DNA of 64,000 nucleotides from Candidatus Aenigmatarchaeota archaeon (GCA_016187395.1 JACPJV010000014.1:891-64890), one strand, 5' to 3'. Shown: positions 16,959 to 25,413, counted from the stretch's first letter. The notes: generated from the letters alone by a model not told the origin. Numbers and translations: made by a program.

Positions 16959-19643
16959 ATGGACCCAAAAGAACAACTGCGCCAGAAGTTCTCTGTCGAT
17001 TCAGATAAATACTATAAAGTAAAATTGTTCGAACAGGAAGGCTTCAAGCGACGCAAATGCAATAACTGCGGGAAATTCTTCTGGACCCTTACTGATTCAA
17101 AAAAATGTCCCGACCCTCCCTGCACGACATACGGATTTATCGGAAACAGCCCTGTGCACGGGCGGAAGAAGGATTATATAGAAACGTGGAAGGCTGTTGA
17201 AAGATTTTTTGTCAAAAATGGGCATACTTCTGTGCCTTCGTATCCCACGGTATGCAGGTGGTTTCCGGGACTGTACTTCACGATCGCCAGCATCGTTGCG
17301 TTCCAGCGCGCTGCCGGCGCTACTACGGTCTTTGAATTTCCTGCAAACCCTCTTATCATTCCGCAGGTTTCTTTGAGATTTTCAGACATACCAAACGTCG
17401 GCGTGAGCGGACGCCACCACACAAGCTTCATCATGATAGGACAGCATTCTGAGTATGATCCTGCTGCAAAAAAGGGTTATTGGAAAGACCGCTGTATAGA
17501 GCTGGACTGGCTTTTGCTCACAAAAATATTCAAGATTCCACGTGAGGAAATATCCTTTGTAGAAGACGTCTGGGTTGGCCCTGCTGCATTTGGTTATTCG
17601 CTGGAATATTATGTGCGCGGACTGGAGTTAGGGAATGCAGTTTTTACAGAATTCATCGGCACGCCAGACAACTACAGGCAGATGGATAAAAAAATAATTG
17701 ACATGGGTGCAGGACATGAACGTTTTCTGTGGCTGCTGCACGGAACTCCCACAAGCTACGATTCTGCTTTTGGTCCTGTAATAGAAAAATTAAAAAAGAA
17801 GATTGAATATGATCCTGCTGTATTCAAGAAATACGCCTCTGCCTCTGCGGTGTTAGACCTTACCGATACCGATGATATAGACAAGGCAAGAGTGCAGATA
17901 GCAAAATCGATAGGAGTTGATTATGCAAAATTAAAGTCATCTACTGAACAATTGGAAGCCGCTTATGCCATAGCAGACCATACAAAGACATTATTGTATG
18001 CTATCGTGGATGGGCAGCTGCCTTCCAATATCGGAGGCGGGTACAACCTGCGGGTTGTCCTGAGGAGGGCCCTGGCTGCGAAGAATGAGTTTAATCTTGA
18101 TCTGGATTTGTTTGAAGTCTGCAGCGATCATGCAAACTACCTCAGAAAACTTGCGCCTCACCTGAAGAAAAATCTTTCTCATGTAAAGGAAATTCTTAAG
18201 GTAGAGGAAGACCGGTACGAGAAAAGCAAGGAGAGGGCAAGCCAAAAAGTAACGCAGATCATTGTGAAAAATCCGCAAATAAGCAGTGACGAAATGGGCG
18301 TTCTCTATGAATCGCATGGCATAACACCAGAACTGATAAAGGAGATAGCAAAGGCGCAAAAAATAGAAGTCAATATCCCGCAAAATTTTTATCAAAAGAT
18401 TGCGGAAAGACATGCACAGGAAAAGATCGTGGCGAAGGCAGATATAGATGCCAGTGGCGTTCCTGCTACAAGGCTTCTGTTCTATGAAAACCAGGACATG
18501 CAAAAATTTGACGCTAAGGTATTGAGAATCATAGGAGGCAAGTATGTAATTCTTGATAAAACCGCATTTTATGCGCGCGCAGGCGGACAGGAACCGGATT
18601 TTGGCGTGATAAACGGCTGCAGGGTTTACGATGTAGAGAAACACGGGGATGTTGTGATTCATTCTGTTGAAGATCCGAATTTCAAGGAAAATGAAATCGT
18701 AAAAGGTGAAATAGAATGGGACAGGCGTGTGCAGCTTATGCTCCATCACACAGCAACGCATGTCATCAATGGCGCAAGCCGCAAGGTTCTTGGAAATCAT
18801 GTCTGGCAACACGGTGCATTCAAGGATGTCGAGAAGGCAAGGCTGGACATTACTCATTATGAGGCTTTGGATGCCAAAACTATAGCGAGGATTGAAAAAA
18901 CAGCAAATGACCTGATAAGGAAGGGAATAATCGCGAAAAAACACGTCATTCCCAGGACAGAAGCGGAAAAGAAATATGGATTCACAATATATCAGGGAGG
19001 TGCAGTGCCCCAGGCACAGTTGCGGATAATGGAAATCCCTGGCTTTGACGTAGAGGCTTGCGGTGGCACGCACGAATTAGACCTGAAAAAGCTGTGGGGA
19101 ATTATCATCACATCAAGCGAAAGGATCCAGGATGGCATAGTGAGATTAAATTATGTTGCCGGAACTGCCGCTCAAAAAGTGGCAGAGGAGTATCATAATA
19201 CATTGAAGGACTCTGCCCAGATTCTTGGAACAAAGGAGGAAAACGTTTTGACTGCTGTGAAATCGCTGATAAAAGAATGGAAGAAACTGCGCAAGAAAAG
19301 GGAAAAGGAATTGATAATCAAATCGTCAAAGATTGCAAACGATATCATAAGGAAAAACAAAGGTCTTATTGCAATAGAGGCAGTGGACGGTGACATGAAT
19401 AAACTAAAAGAAATATCACGGCTTGCATCTGAGAAGTATAAACTTTTCATACTGCTTGGCAGAACAGAGGGAAAAACCTCGGTCTGGGTGGCTTCGAAAG
19501 AACAAAATGCCGGGAAAATCGCCAATGATATATGCGATATGATTGGTGGCAGAGGAGGTGGTTCGCATGTGCTTGGCCGGGGATTTGGAAGAGCTTTGAT
19601 AGAAAAAGATATGGAAAAGATAAGGGAGAAATATGAAAAATAA
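16959..19643 (+). CDS. alaS: alanyl-tRNA synthetase (archaeal type)
   Basis: 894 aa; editing-domain HxxxH (HHTATH) and CGGTH motifs; C-terminal DHHA1-like GGRGGG. Confidence 0.95.
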   Translation: MDPKEQLRQKFSVDSDKYYKVKLFEQEGFKRRKCNNCGKFFWTLTDSKKCPDPPCTTYGFIGNSPVHGRKKDYIETWKAVERFFVKNGHTSVPSYPTVCRWFPGLYFTIASIVAFQRAAGATTVFEFPANPLIIPQVSLRFSDIPNVGVSGRHHTSFIMIGQHSEYDPAAKKGYWKDRCIELDWLLLTKIFKIPREEISFVEDVWVGPAAFGYSLEYYVRGLELGNAVFTEFIGTPDNYRQMDKKIIDMGAGHERFLWLLHGTPTSYDSAFGPVIEKLKKKIEYDPAVFKKYASASAVLDLTDTDDIDKARVQIAKSIGVDYAKLKSSTEQLEAAYAIADHTKTLLYAIVDGQLPSNIGGGYNLRVVLRRALAAKNEFNLDLDLFEVCSDHANYLRKLAPHLKKNLSHVKEILKVEEDRYEKSKERASQKVTQIIVKNPQISSDEMGVLYESHGITPELIKEIAKAQKIEVNIPQNFYQKIAERHAQEKIVAKADIDASGVPATRLLFYENQDMQKFDAKVLRIIGGKYVILDKTAFYARAGGQEPDFGVINGCRVYDVEKHGDVVIHSVEDPNFKENEIVKGEIEWDRRVQLMLHHTATHVINGASRKVLGNHVWQHGAFKDVEKARLDITHYEALDAKTIARIEKTANDLIRKGIIAKKHVIPRTEAEKKYGFTIYQGGAVPQAQLRIMEIPGFDVEACGGTHELDLKKLWGIIITSSERIQDGIVRLNYVAGTAAQKVAEEYHNTLKDSAQILGTKEENVLTAVKSLIKEWKKLRKKREKELIIKSSKIANDIIRKNKGLIAIEAVDGDMNKLKEISRLASEKYKLFILLGRTEGKTSVWVASKEQNAGKIANDICDMIGGRGGGSHVLGRGFGRALIEKDMEKIREKYEK

Positions 19644-19756
19644 ATTTATGAGTTTGGAAGGCGAGGGAAAAATTGAGATATTAAGAAAGATTGCAGAACT
19701 TCTCAATACAAGACCTGAGAATGTCTCTCATGTCCTGAAAAAGATGAAGGAAGATA

Positions 19757-20287
19757 TCACGTAGAATTTGATCCTCCTATGAGTATTATTCCGCAGTCTG
19801 GCGGCGCATCCAAAATAGCCAGGCATACTGTCTCTAAAATTTCATTCTTGTTTTCTACCCCTCCTTTGAATGTTCCGCGAAGACTGGATGCTTGCAATTC
19901 ATTTTTATCTCCTTCCAATATCTCAACAGCAACCTGATTCTGAAAGATTTGAGGCAGGGACTCTAAAAACGTTATGCTGTCTTGACAGCATCCTGTCTTG
20001 TGATTCATTGTTACAACTGTCAGGCCGTTTTGAATTATCTGGGATTTCCGGAAATTGCTCAGCGCCTCGTAGAATACGTATTGATCCAAAGAAAATTGCT
20101 GCTGCTGTTGCTCTTGCTGTTGCTGTTGCGGATTAATGAAAGATCCCAGAGAAAACACTATGTAGGTAATAGAAGACATTCCAAAAATCAGGATGATTGC
20201 TAAGGCTCCTAGCACTATCTTGGTTCTTTTTTTCATCTCTATCAACTCTTTCGCGCTCAGCGGGTGCAAACTGCTGATGCGAAGCAT
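19757..20287 (-). CDS. hypothetical membrane-anchored protein with poly-Gln tract
   Basis: N-terminal TM, PQQQQQEQQQQQ tract, 176 aa. Confidence 0.45.
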   Translation of the reverse strand: MLRISSLHPLSAKELIEMKKRTKIVLGALAIILIFGMSSITYIVFSLGSFINPQQQQQEQQQQQFSLDQYVFYEALSNFRKSQIIQNGLTVVTMNHKTGCCQDSITFLESLPQIFQNQVAVEILEGDKNELQASSLRGTFKGGVENKNEILETVCLAILDAPPDCGIILIGGSNST

Positions 20288-20359
20288 CAGCCATTCACCT
20301 TTTCGCTGCGTTTTTGCAAAAACTTGCTCGCCTAGTTCGCTTGAATAGCCCCGCCAGGA

Positions 20360-20397
20360 TGTTCTGCATACCAGCTTTTGCGAAAGCTGGATACGCC
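20360..20397 (-). other. tRNA-Gln T-loop (59/60) intron, paralog of the tRNA-Arg intron
   Basis: GGCGTAT-CCAGCTTT-CGCA-AAAGCTGG-TATGCAGAACA; same flanks and same bulge-helix-bulge geometry as 2524-2558. Confidence 0.7.
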
Positions 20398-20418
20398 TTC
20401 GAACCTGGGTCCGCAGGT

Positions 20419-20773
20419 ATCTCGCTAAGCGTGGAGCTTTCTATGGCAGTTGGCACATAAGACAATACATTTCTTTATTTCGGAGAGAAATCTTGATTTT
20501 GAATATCCATTTCTTTCTATTGAATCGGATATTCCAAATTCTTTTTTGTTTTTATTCAAGTGGTGGAATTCTAGACATGCTGGGTGTTTCTCTCCGCATT
20601 TCAGGCATCCTAACCTCTCTTTGTATTCCCTAATCCATTTCCTGAGTTCATATTTTCTCCTTTTCGTTCTTTCTATTTCTTGCTTCTTGTGTTTCTTGTA
20701 GTACTGTTTATTCCACCGTGTTTTGTATTCTCTCCTTTCTTCCCTGTCTTTATGTGACATTCTCCACCTCAGT
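20419..20773 (-). other. 355-nt bulge-helix-bulge intron at tRNA position 37/38 carrying an HNH ORF
   Basis: 13-nt leader + 336-nt ORF + 6 nt; leader 20772-20762 pairs with 20425-20436; 3-nt bulges at both exon-intron junctions. Confidence 0.7.
20425..20760 (-). CDS. HNH (His-Me finger) endonuclease, intron-encoded
   Basis: CLKCG...LEFHHLN...LCANCHRKLHA; Lys/Arg-rich N-terminal half; GAGGTGGAGA directly upstream of ATG 20760; the track extension to 20799 is tRNA exon sequence. Confidence 0.75.
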   Translation of the reverse strand: MSHKDREERREYKTRWNKQYYKKHKKQEIERTKRRKYELRKWIREYKERLGCLKCGEKHPACLEFHHLNKNKKEFGISDSIERNGYSKSRFLSEIKKCIVLCANCHRKLHA

Positions 20774-20853
20774 CCAGAGCCTGCTATCCATAGCCACATT
20801 TGTTTTGGCCGCTAGACGACGGGGCTTTGCTTTGCTACCATAAATACTTAGCA

Positions 20854-20866
20854 TTAAAATATAAAA
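20854..20866 (-). promoter_or_regulatory. candidate TATA box for tRNA-Gln
   Basis: TTTTATATTTTAA 28-40 nt upstream of tRNA position 1 on the minus strand. Confidence 0.3.
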
Positions 20867-20949
20867 CTGCTCTTTCTCATTTTTGCAATCATTTGATTGT
20901 GAATTAAAGACGCTAAAACGCTTAAATGTCTTAATGTTATGATAATCTC

Positions 20950-21096
20950 ATGGAAAAAAGGAAGGTGACCGTATACATAAACGAAATGGTTTGGAGGCGT
21001 TTCCTTCAAAAAGTTCTCGCAAAGCACGGAAGGGCTGCAGGCGGCGCTATTTCCGAGGAAGTGGAGCGCTCCATAAAAACACAGATGAAGAAATAA
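20950..21096 (+). CDS. 48-aa ribbon-helix-helix-like protein
   Basis: MEKRKVTVYINEMVWRRFLQKV... (beta strand then helices, CopG-like pattern); below track cutoff. Confidence 0.4.
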   Translation: MEKRKVTVYINEMVWRRFLQKVLAKHGRAAGGAISEEVERSIKTQMKK

Positions 21097-21148
21097 TTAT
21101 ATCAGTATATGGTCTAATGTAAGCATGCGGTGTATTTGTTTATGAATC

Positions 21149-21198
21149 ATAGTCATGCAAGGAAAGAATTAGGTATGGTATTTCCTTGCTTCACTATA
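21149..21198 (+). repeat. hairpin of the ATAGT...TCACTATA family
   Basis: GCAAGGAAA-15 nt-TTTCCTTGC; close paralog at 55035-55082. Confidence 0.6.
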
Positions 21199-21251
21199 TT
21201 TAATACCTCTCTGTGATCCCTTTATAAGTTTTTCCAAATCAGTTATGCGAT

Positions 21252-21689
21252 ATGATCGTTGGATTTACGATAAACGGGATAACGGCAAAGAGGAACGATG
21301 GGGTTTCTGTCAGAGGAAAGGAGATTAATGTAACAACAAACCCCACAATAACAGAAATAAAATTGATTGATGTCCTTGGTAAGAAGGATGCACTACGCGC
21401 TAAATATGTATTCAAGTGTGAATACGAACCAAGGATAGGCGAAATCTCGTTTGAGGGAGATGTTCTTTGGAAGGGTAATAGTGAAAAGGAAACGCACCAT
21501 GTAGCTGAACTGTGGGATAAGGAAACTAAATTTGAGCCTGCTGCTGCCACGGAAACAATGAATACAATCCTGCGCAGATGCCTTACGCGGGCAATAGGGC
21601 TGGCGGATGAGCTTAGATTGCCGCCCCCGCTCCAGTTTCCTATCGTGACGACAAAGGAAGAAAAGACTGAACAGCAGGATATTGGATAA
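21252..21689 (+). CDS. hypothetical protein
   Basis: 145-aa ORF, no motif recognised. Confidence 0.5.
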   Translation: MIVGFTINGITAKRNDGVSVRGKEINVTTNPTITEIKLIDVLGKKDALRAKYVFKCEYEPRIGEISFEGDVLWKGNSEKETHHVAELWDKETKFEPAAATETMNTILRRCLTRAIGLADELRLPPPLQFPIVTTKEEKTEQQDIG

Positions 21690-21724
21690 TTTTCATTTGA
21701 TACCTGTATTGTGATTATTGAGGT

Positions 21725-22264
21725 TCATTCTTCTCGCGTTTCTTCGTTCTTTTCCTCTCTCACTTCGCTTTCCTTTGTTTCTTCTTTCATCTCCTTGCCC
21801 TGCCTTGCCGTCCCCAGCATGACTATATCATCGAAATCTTTCGCAATGCGGCGCGTCTTTCTCAGAAATGCTTTCATGGATGCTTCCACTTTGTCGAGAA
21901 GACGGTTCATCGTGGGCGCAGGAAGCATGTAGCCTTTGATAAAGCCGCTCTCGCCTGCCGGAAGCTTGACGAATTCTATCAATCCTAAGGATTTCCATTT
22001 TCTGATTTCCTCATAAGCCTGTGACTGGGAAACCTGCAGAAGCTCTGCCATCTTCGATATGTCTACAGGCAGGTTGTCACGGCGATATTTAAACAAGGCC
22101 AGAAGCAGGGCAGCGTGGTCTGCACGGCTCTCTTTCCTTTTCAGGCCAAGGCGTCTTACAATGACCTTTGCAAGATCCTGCGCGCTCAGGCTAGCGGCGT
22201 CGTCAGGCGGCGATACGCGATGAAAGACCATATCGGAGAGCTTCTTTGGGGGCATGCCAGGCAC
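21725..22264 (-). CDS. winged-helix DNA-binding protein with acidic tail
   Basis: ISKMAELLQVSQSQAYEEIRKWKSLGLIEF helix-turn-helix-like segment. Confidence 0.5.
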   Translation of the reverse strand: MPGMPPKKLSDMVFHRVSPPDDAASLSAQDLAKVIVRRLGLKRKESRADHAALLLALFKYRRDNLPVDISKMAELLQVSQSQAYEEIRKWKSLGLIEFVKLPAGESGFIKGYMLPAPTMNRLLDKVEASMKAFLRKTRRIAKDFDDIVMLGTARQGKEMKEETKESEVREEKNEETREE

Positions 22265-22265
22265 C

Positions 22266-22586
22266 TCATAATCCTTTGAGTTGTCTGAATTTTGTTATGT
22301 GAGTTTGCGCTAATATAAGGTGGATTGCGTCTTTGCCTATTACCATGAAACACTGCCCCTTTGCCAATCTTGTCCAATCAAAGGAATCGTAAATCCCCGG
22401 AAGTTTTTTCTTCAGTTGCCTCATTTCTCGTTTGGCAGGCGCTTTGTCTTTGCTGCCAAGTTTGTCGAGAAATTTGTTTATCGAATCGATGGATTTGGGT
22501 TTCTTTTCAATTTTCACGTAAACAAACCCCTTTCCAAGTATGACATCACGCACTTTTGTTGCCACCTTTTTCTCCAAATACCTCAC
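22266..22586 (-). CDS. hypothetical protein
   Basis: 106-aa ORF abutting the wHTH gene (1-nt gap). Confidence 0.45.
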   Translation of the reverse strand: MRYLEKKVATKVRDVILGKGFVYVKIEKKPKSIDSINKFLDKLGSKDKAPAKREMRQLKKKLPGIYDSFDWTRLAKGQCFMVIGKDAIHLILAQTHITKFRQLKGL

Positions 22587-22796
22587 CTGAAACCTTCATA
22601 ATCTATTTGTAAAGGGGGTTATAAGTATCCTGTTTCGCACTTCTTTGGCACCTGGGCTTGCCCATAACCACCTTGTCCAGAGAATATTTAATTTTTTCGA
22701 TGTTTGGCTGGAATTACGGGATTGGGCTGGAAAAGGGAGGGTTTCTACGATGCGGGGTTGGGAAGACCTCGGAAAATGTAAGAATTGGGGCGGAAA

Positions 22797-23087
22797 CTAA
22801 TCCACTAGATAAATTTGGTGTACAATCCCATTCCTTAACCTATAAACACCCCCTTCACCAGAAATTCTTCTTACTCTTTCCATAACCCTCTCTTCCGCCG
22901 CTGGGATAAAGTGCATCATGGGTCCTCCAAATCTTTCTGTCATTACTTCTATAATTAGATCTAAAGGAACTCTGCCACGATATGTTTCCATGAGTCTATC
23001 CCACCTGTATTTGACCGAGTGATCAAATTTGCCATTGTGGCATATACTAGGAACTATAAACCCATCTCCTGAAATCTCGATCGCCAT
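22797..23087 (-). CDS. hypothetical protein
   Basis: 96-aa ORF. Confidence 0.4.
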   Translation of the reverse strand: MAIEISGDGFIVPSICHNGKFDHSVKYRWDRLMETYRGRVPLDLIIEVMTERFGGPMMHFIPAAEERVMERVRRISGEGGVYRLRNGIVHQIYLVD

Positions 23088-23144
23088 TTAACCCCCTTAA
23101 AACAAGGAAACCGAAAACCTCTTAAAGCTTCTATTAAGCTAGAA

Positions 23145-23468
23145 CTAAACTGCGGTTGCTTCGCTCTCATCTTCTCTAAGAGATCTGGTTGTCCTTCTAC
23201 TTCCATATGCCATTGCTCCTGCTATTCCAAGAGCAAGTAATCCTGATGCCTCCAGAACTGTTGCGTATTTCTGCGGCTCTGATGTTATTGCGTAACTTAA
23301 GACAGAACTTGTATCTATTGCTGGCGGTTGTTTTCTTGCAGTATAATCAACGAGTACCCCTGTTGCCAGGTGAAAAACGCCAAAAAATGTTAATCCTGTT
23401 GCTATTGCTCTTAGGCTCCTTCTATCGCATTCGAGATGTCTTCTTGTGCTTGCTTCCATAAACATCAT
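23145..23468 (-). CDS. small membrane protein downstream of SPFH gene
   Basis: Start moved to M44 (23468) so it does not overlap the SPFH gene; two hydrophobic segments. Confidence 0.4.
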   Translation of the reverse strand: MMFMEASTRRHLECDRRSLRAIATGLTFFGVFHLATGVLVDYTARKQPPAIDTSSVLSYAITSEPQKYATVLEASGLLALGIAGAMAYGSRRTTRSLREDESEATAV

Positions 23469-23509
23469 CTTATATAGAAACGCCGAAACTTTCTTAAAGG
23501 GATTTTGAA

Positions 23510-24358
23510 TTAAGGCGTTGGAATCTGGATGAACGGGGTGACGCCGTCTCCTGTGACCAGCGGAAGCTGACCATTCCATTTGTTTGTCGCTAGCCATTCC
23601 AGATACCTGGGGCTTTGCTCGAGCTCCTCGTTTATAATCTGTATGGATTCAGCTTCTCCTCTTGCGCTTGCGACTTTCTGCTGCGCCTCTATCTCTATTC
23701 TTTTCAGGTCGTTCTGCGCCTTCAATGCCCTCTGCTCTGCGACCTGCTTTTCTTCGATTGCCACGGTGAATTCAGGGCTGAACGTGAATTCCGTGATGCT
23801 TACGATCTCAAGAATAATTCCGAATTGTTCAAGCCTGTCTCTCAGCACGTCTTCTATTTCCTGTTTTATCAAGGGCCTCTGGGTTATCAGCTCTTCTGCG
23901 TTGAATTTGGCTGTGCTTGCCTTTACAGATTCCTGTATGGCTGGAGCGATAATCCTGTCCTCAAACTCCAGTCCCAGGCGCTGGTATATTTCATTTACCC
24001 TGCTGACGTCAAGGTGGTAGTTCAAGGCTACTTCTGCTGAAACGTCCTGCAAATCCTTGCTTGCGCTTGTGGCTAAGGCTGAATACTTCTTTGTTCTGAC
24101 CTCCATTTTTTCCACGTTTTGGACTACCGGGATTTTGAAGTGCAGTCCTTCCCCGAATATTTTTACGGTGTCAACTGCGCCCCACGTTAATATAACTCCT
24201 CTGTGACCGGCAGGCACTATAACAAATGCTCCGAAGATAAGCATCAGCAGGATTATAACTACGGGCACGAAAAGCCATTTTCTGGTTGTGCGGTTCTTTC
24301 TCGTATCTTCAATTACTATCCTCTGGGGTTTTGCAGTGTCTTTCCTCTCTGGCATCAT
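23510..24358 (-). CDS. SPFH/band-7 (prohibitin/HflC-like) membrane protein
   Basis: N-terminal TM then SPFH core and coiled-coil (AEQRALKAQNDLKRIEIEAQQ). Confidence 0.9.
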   Translation of the reverse strand: MMPERKDTAKPQRIVIEDTRKNRTTRKWLFVPVVIILLMLIFGAFVIVPAGHRGVILTWGAVDTVKIFGEGLHFKIPVVQNVEKMEVRTKKYSALATSASKDLQDVSAEVALNYHLDVSRVNEIYQRLGLEFEDRIIAPAIQESVKASTAKFNAEELITQRPLIKQEIEDVLRDRLEQFGIILEIVSITEFTFSPEFTVAIEEKQVAEQRALKAQNDLKRIEIEAQQKVASARGEAESIQIINEELEQSPRYLEWLATNKWNGQLPLVTGDGVTPFIQIPTP

Positions 24359-24385
24359 ATTTCATATTCAGAAAATCTCTTAAAT

Positions 24386-24799
24386 TCAATTTCCCGGCAT
24401 AAAATTGCTCCTTTCGCCGTCTTCGATGGGCTCTATTTTCAGGTACCTCAAGCCTCTTGTTTCTTCCTGCACGGGCAGGCCGTTGCCTGAGAGAAGGGAA
24501 TGCGCCAGTTCTTCATCGCTATATTCTCTTTCCAGCCCCAGATCATACACCATTCTGCCGTCTCTTTGCAGCCTTTTGGAAGCTACTGCGTAAATACCAA
24601 GCCCCCGCGCCCACCTATAATGGCCGTCGCCTATTCCCCACGCGTTTAATACGAGCCTTTCCCATTCCCGGAGTTCCGGTATCCGGCACTCTATCCTTCC
24701 TTTTCCAACACGTCCGTTTCTCTCGAGACATTCGAATACGACTACGGATGGTTTCATTCCTTCCTGAGGCTGGGAATCCATGATTTTATTTTGAATCAA
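24386..24799 (-). CDS. hypothetical protein
   Basis: 137-aa ORF. Confidence 0.45.
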   Translation of the reverse strand: MIQNKIMDSQPQEGMKPSVVVFECLERNGRVGKGRIECRIPELREWERLVLNAWGIGDGHYRWARGLGIYAVASKRLQRDGRMVYDLGLEREYSDEELAHSLLSGNGLPVQEETRGLRYLKIEPIEDGERSNFMPGN

Positions 24800-24829
24800 A
24801 TTATAAAAAGAGCTTTTCTTGTTTGTTTA

Positions 24830-25111
24830 TCACTTCATTCTGGAGAATTTTCTCAGGATAACCTCAAAGTTGTTGGCGAGTTCGCGGCCGTCGTTGGTTA
24901 GTGTGATGTATTTTACACGGCCTTCTTTCTCGAAGTTTACCAGCCCCATTTCCCTGAATTCATCGAGAAGCTTTACGGTGTGAGAATACGTACAGTCGGT
25001 CTCTTTTGATAGGGTGGAAATGTATTTTGCCCTTCCCAGCTTCAGCGCCATTATGAGGCGCACGGGCTTGTTTCTCAAAAACAATTCCTCCAGTTCCGTT
25101 TTTCTTGTCAT
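24830..25111 (-). CDS. winged-helix transcriptional regulator
   Basis: ISTLSKETDCTYSHTVKLLDEFREMGLVNFEKEGR wHTH pattern; start at M17. Confidence 0.6.
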   Translation of the reverse strand: MTRKTELEELFLRNKPVRLIMALKLGRAKYISTLSKETDCTYSHTVKLLDEFREMGLVNFEKEGRVKYITLTNDGRELANNFEVILRKFSRMK

Positions 25112-25194
25112 CGAATAACTAAGGATTCGGGTGGTATAAATATTTGACTTGTTTTGCAATAAACGAATTTAAGCCTCCTATGCATTTTTATCGC

Positions 25195-25404
25195 ATGGCA
25201 TTTACAAAGGCGCCGCTAAAACGCATCATAAAAAGCCACGGCATACGCCGCGTGAGCGCCGATGCGCTTGATTATCTTGCTGCTATTCTGGAGGAGAGGT
25301 TGTCACAATTAGCATTAGAATCAGATAAAATAAGCAAGCACTCTGGAAGGAAGACTATCCTTAGAAGGGATGTAAAATTAGCGAGAAAAGTTGTCGGGCT
25401 ATAG
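25195..25404 (+). CDS. archaeal histone-fold protein
   Basis: APLKRIIKSHGIRRVSADALDYL...SKHSGRKTILRRDVKLA matches the HMf-type histone fold. Confidence 0.8.
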   Translation: MAFTKAPLKRIIKSHGIRRVSADALDYLAAILEERLSQLALESDKISKHSGRKTILRRDVKLARKVVGL

Positions 25405-25413
25405 GCGGTAGAT

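Larger units (their letters stand above)
20346..20826 (-). tRNA. tRNA-Gln(CUG) interrupted by three insertions (D-loop about 15 nt, 37/38 355 nt, 59/60 38 nt)
   Basis: Manual cloverleaf: acceptor AGCCCCG/CGGGGCT 7/7, anticodon arm GCAGG-CTCTGGA-CCTGC, variable GGAC, T arm CCAGG-TTCGAAT-CCTGG, discriminator A, U8, U33, G37 present. D stem GTCT/GGAT has 2 Watson-Crick and 2 G.U pairs. Confidence 0.8.

Noticed and set aside
19648-19764. 38-codon ORF directly after alaS (MSLEGEGKIEILRKIAELLNTRPENVSHVLKKMKEDIT), resembling an AlaRS linker segment
   Set aside because: It is too short, has no start-site signal, and overlaps the 3' end of the convergent gene. It may be a duplicated remnant.
20092-20133. 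CAG/CAA-type trinucleotide repeat (poly-Gln tract) as a contingency locus
   Set aside because: The repeat is short and imperfect and lies in-frame within a plausible ORF. There is nothing to suggest slippage-based switching.
20346-20437. Initially read as a 3' tRNA fragment abutting the HNH gene, i.e. a possible att site of an integrated element
   Set aside because: The exact complementary acceptor strand AGCCCCG, a D arm and the 5' anticodon-stem strand GCAGG lie at 20826-20774 just upstream of the HNH ORF. The pieces assemble into one intron-containing tRNA-Gln. No integrase is present.
20761-20799. N-terminal extension of the HNH ORF (MWLWIAGSGLRWR) given by the ORF track
   Set aside because: These codons are tRNA-Gln D-loop and anticodon-arm sequence. 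A strong GAGGTGGAGA ribosome-binding site precedes the internal ATG at 20760.
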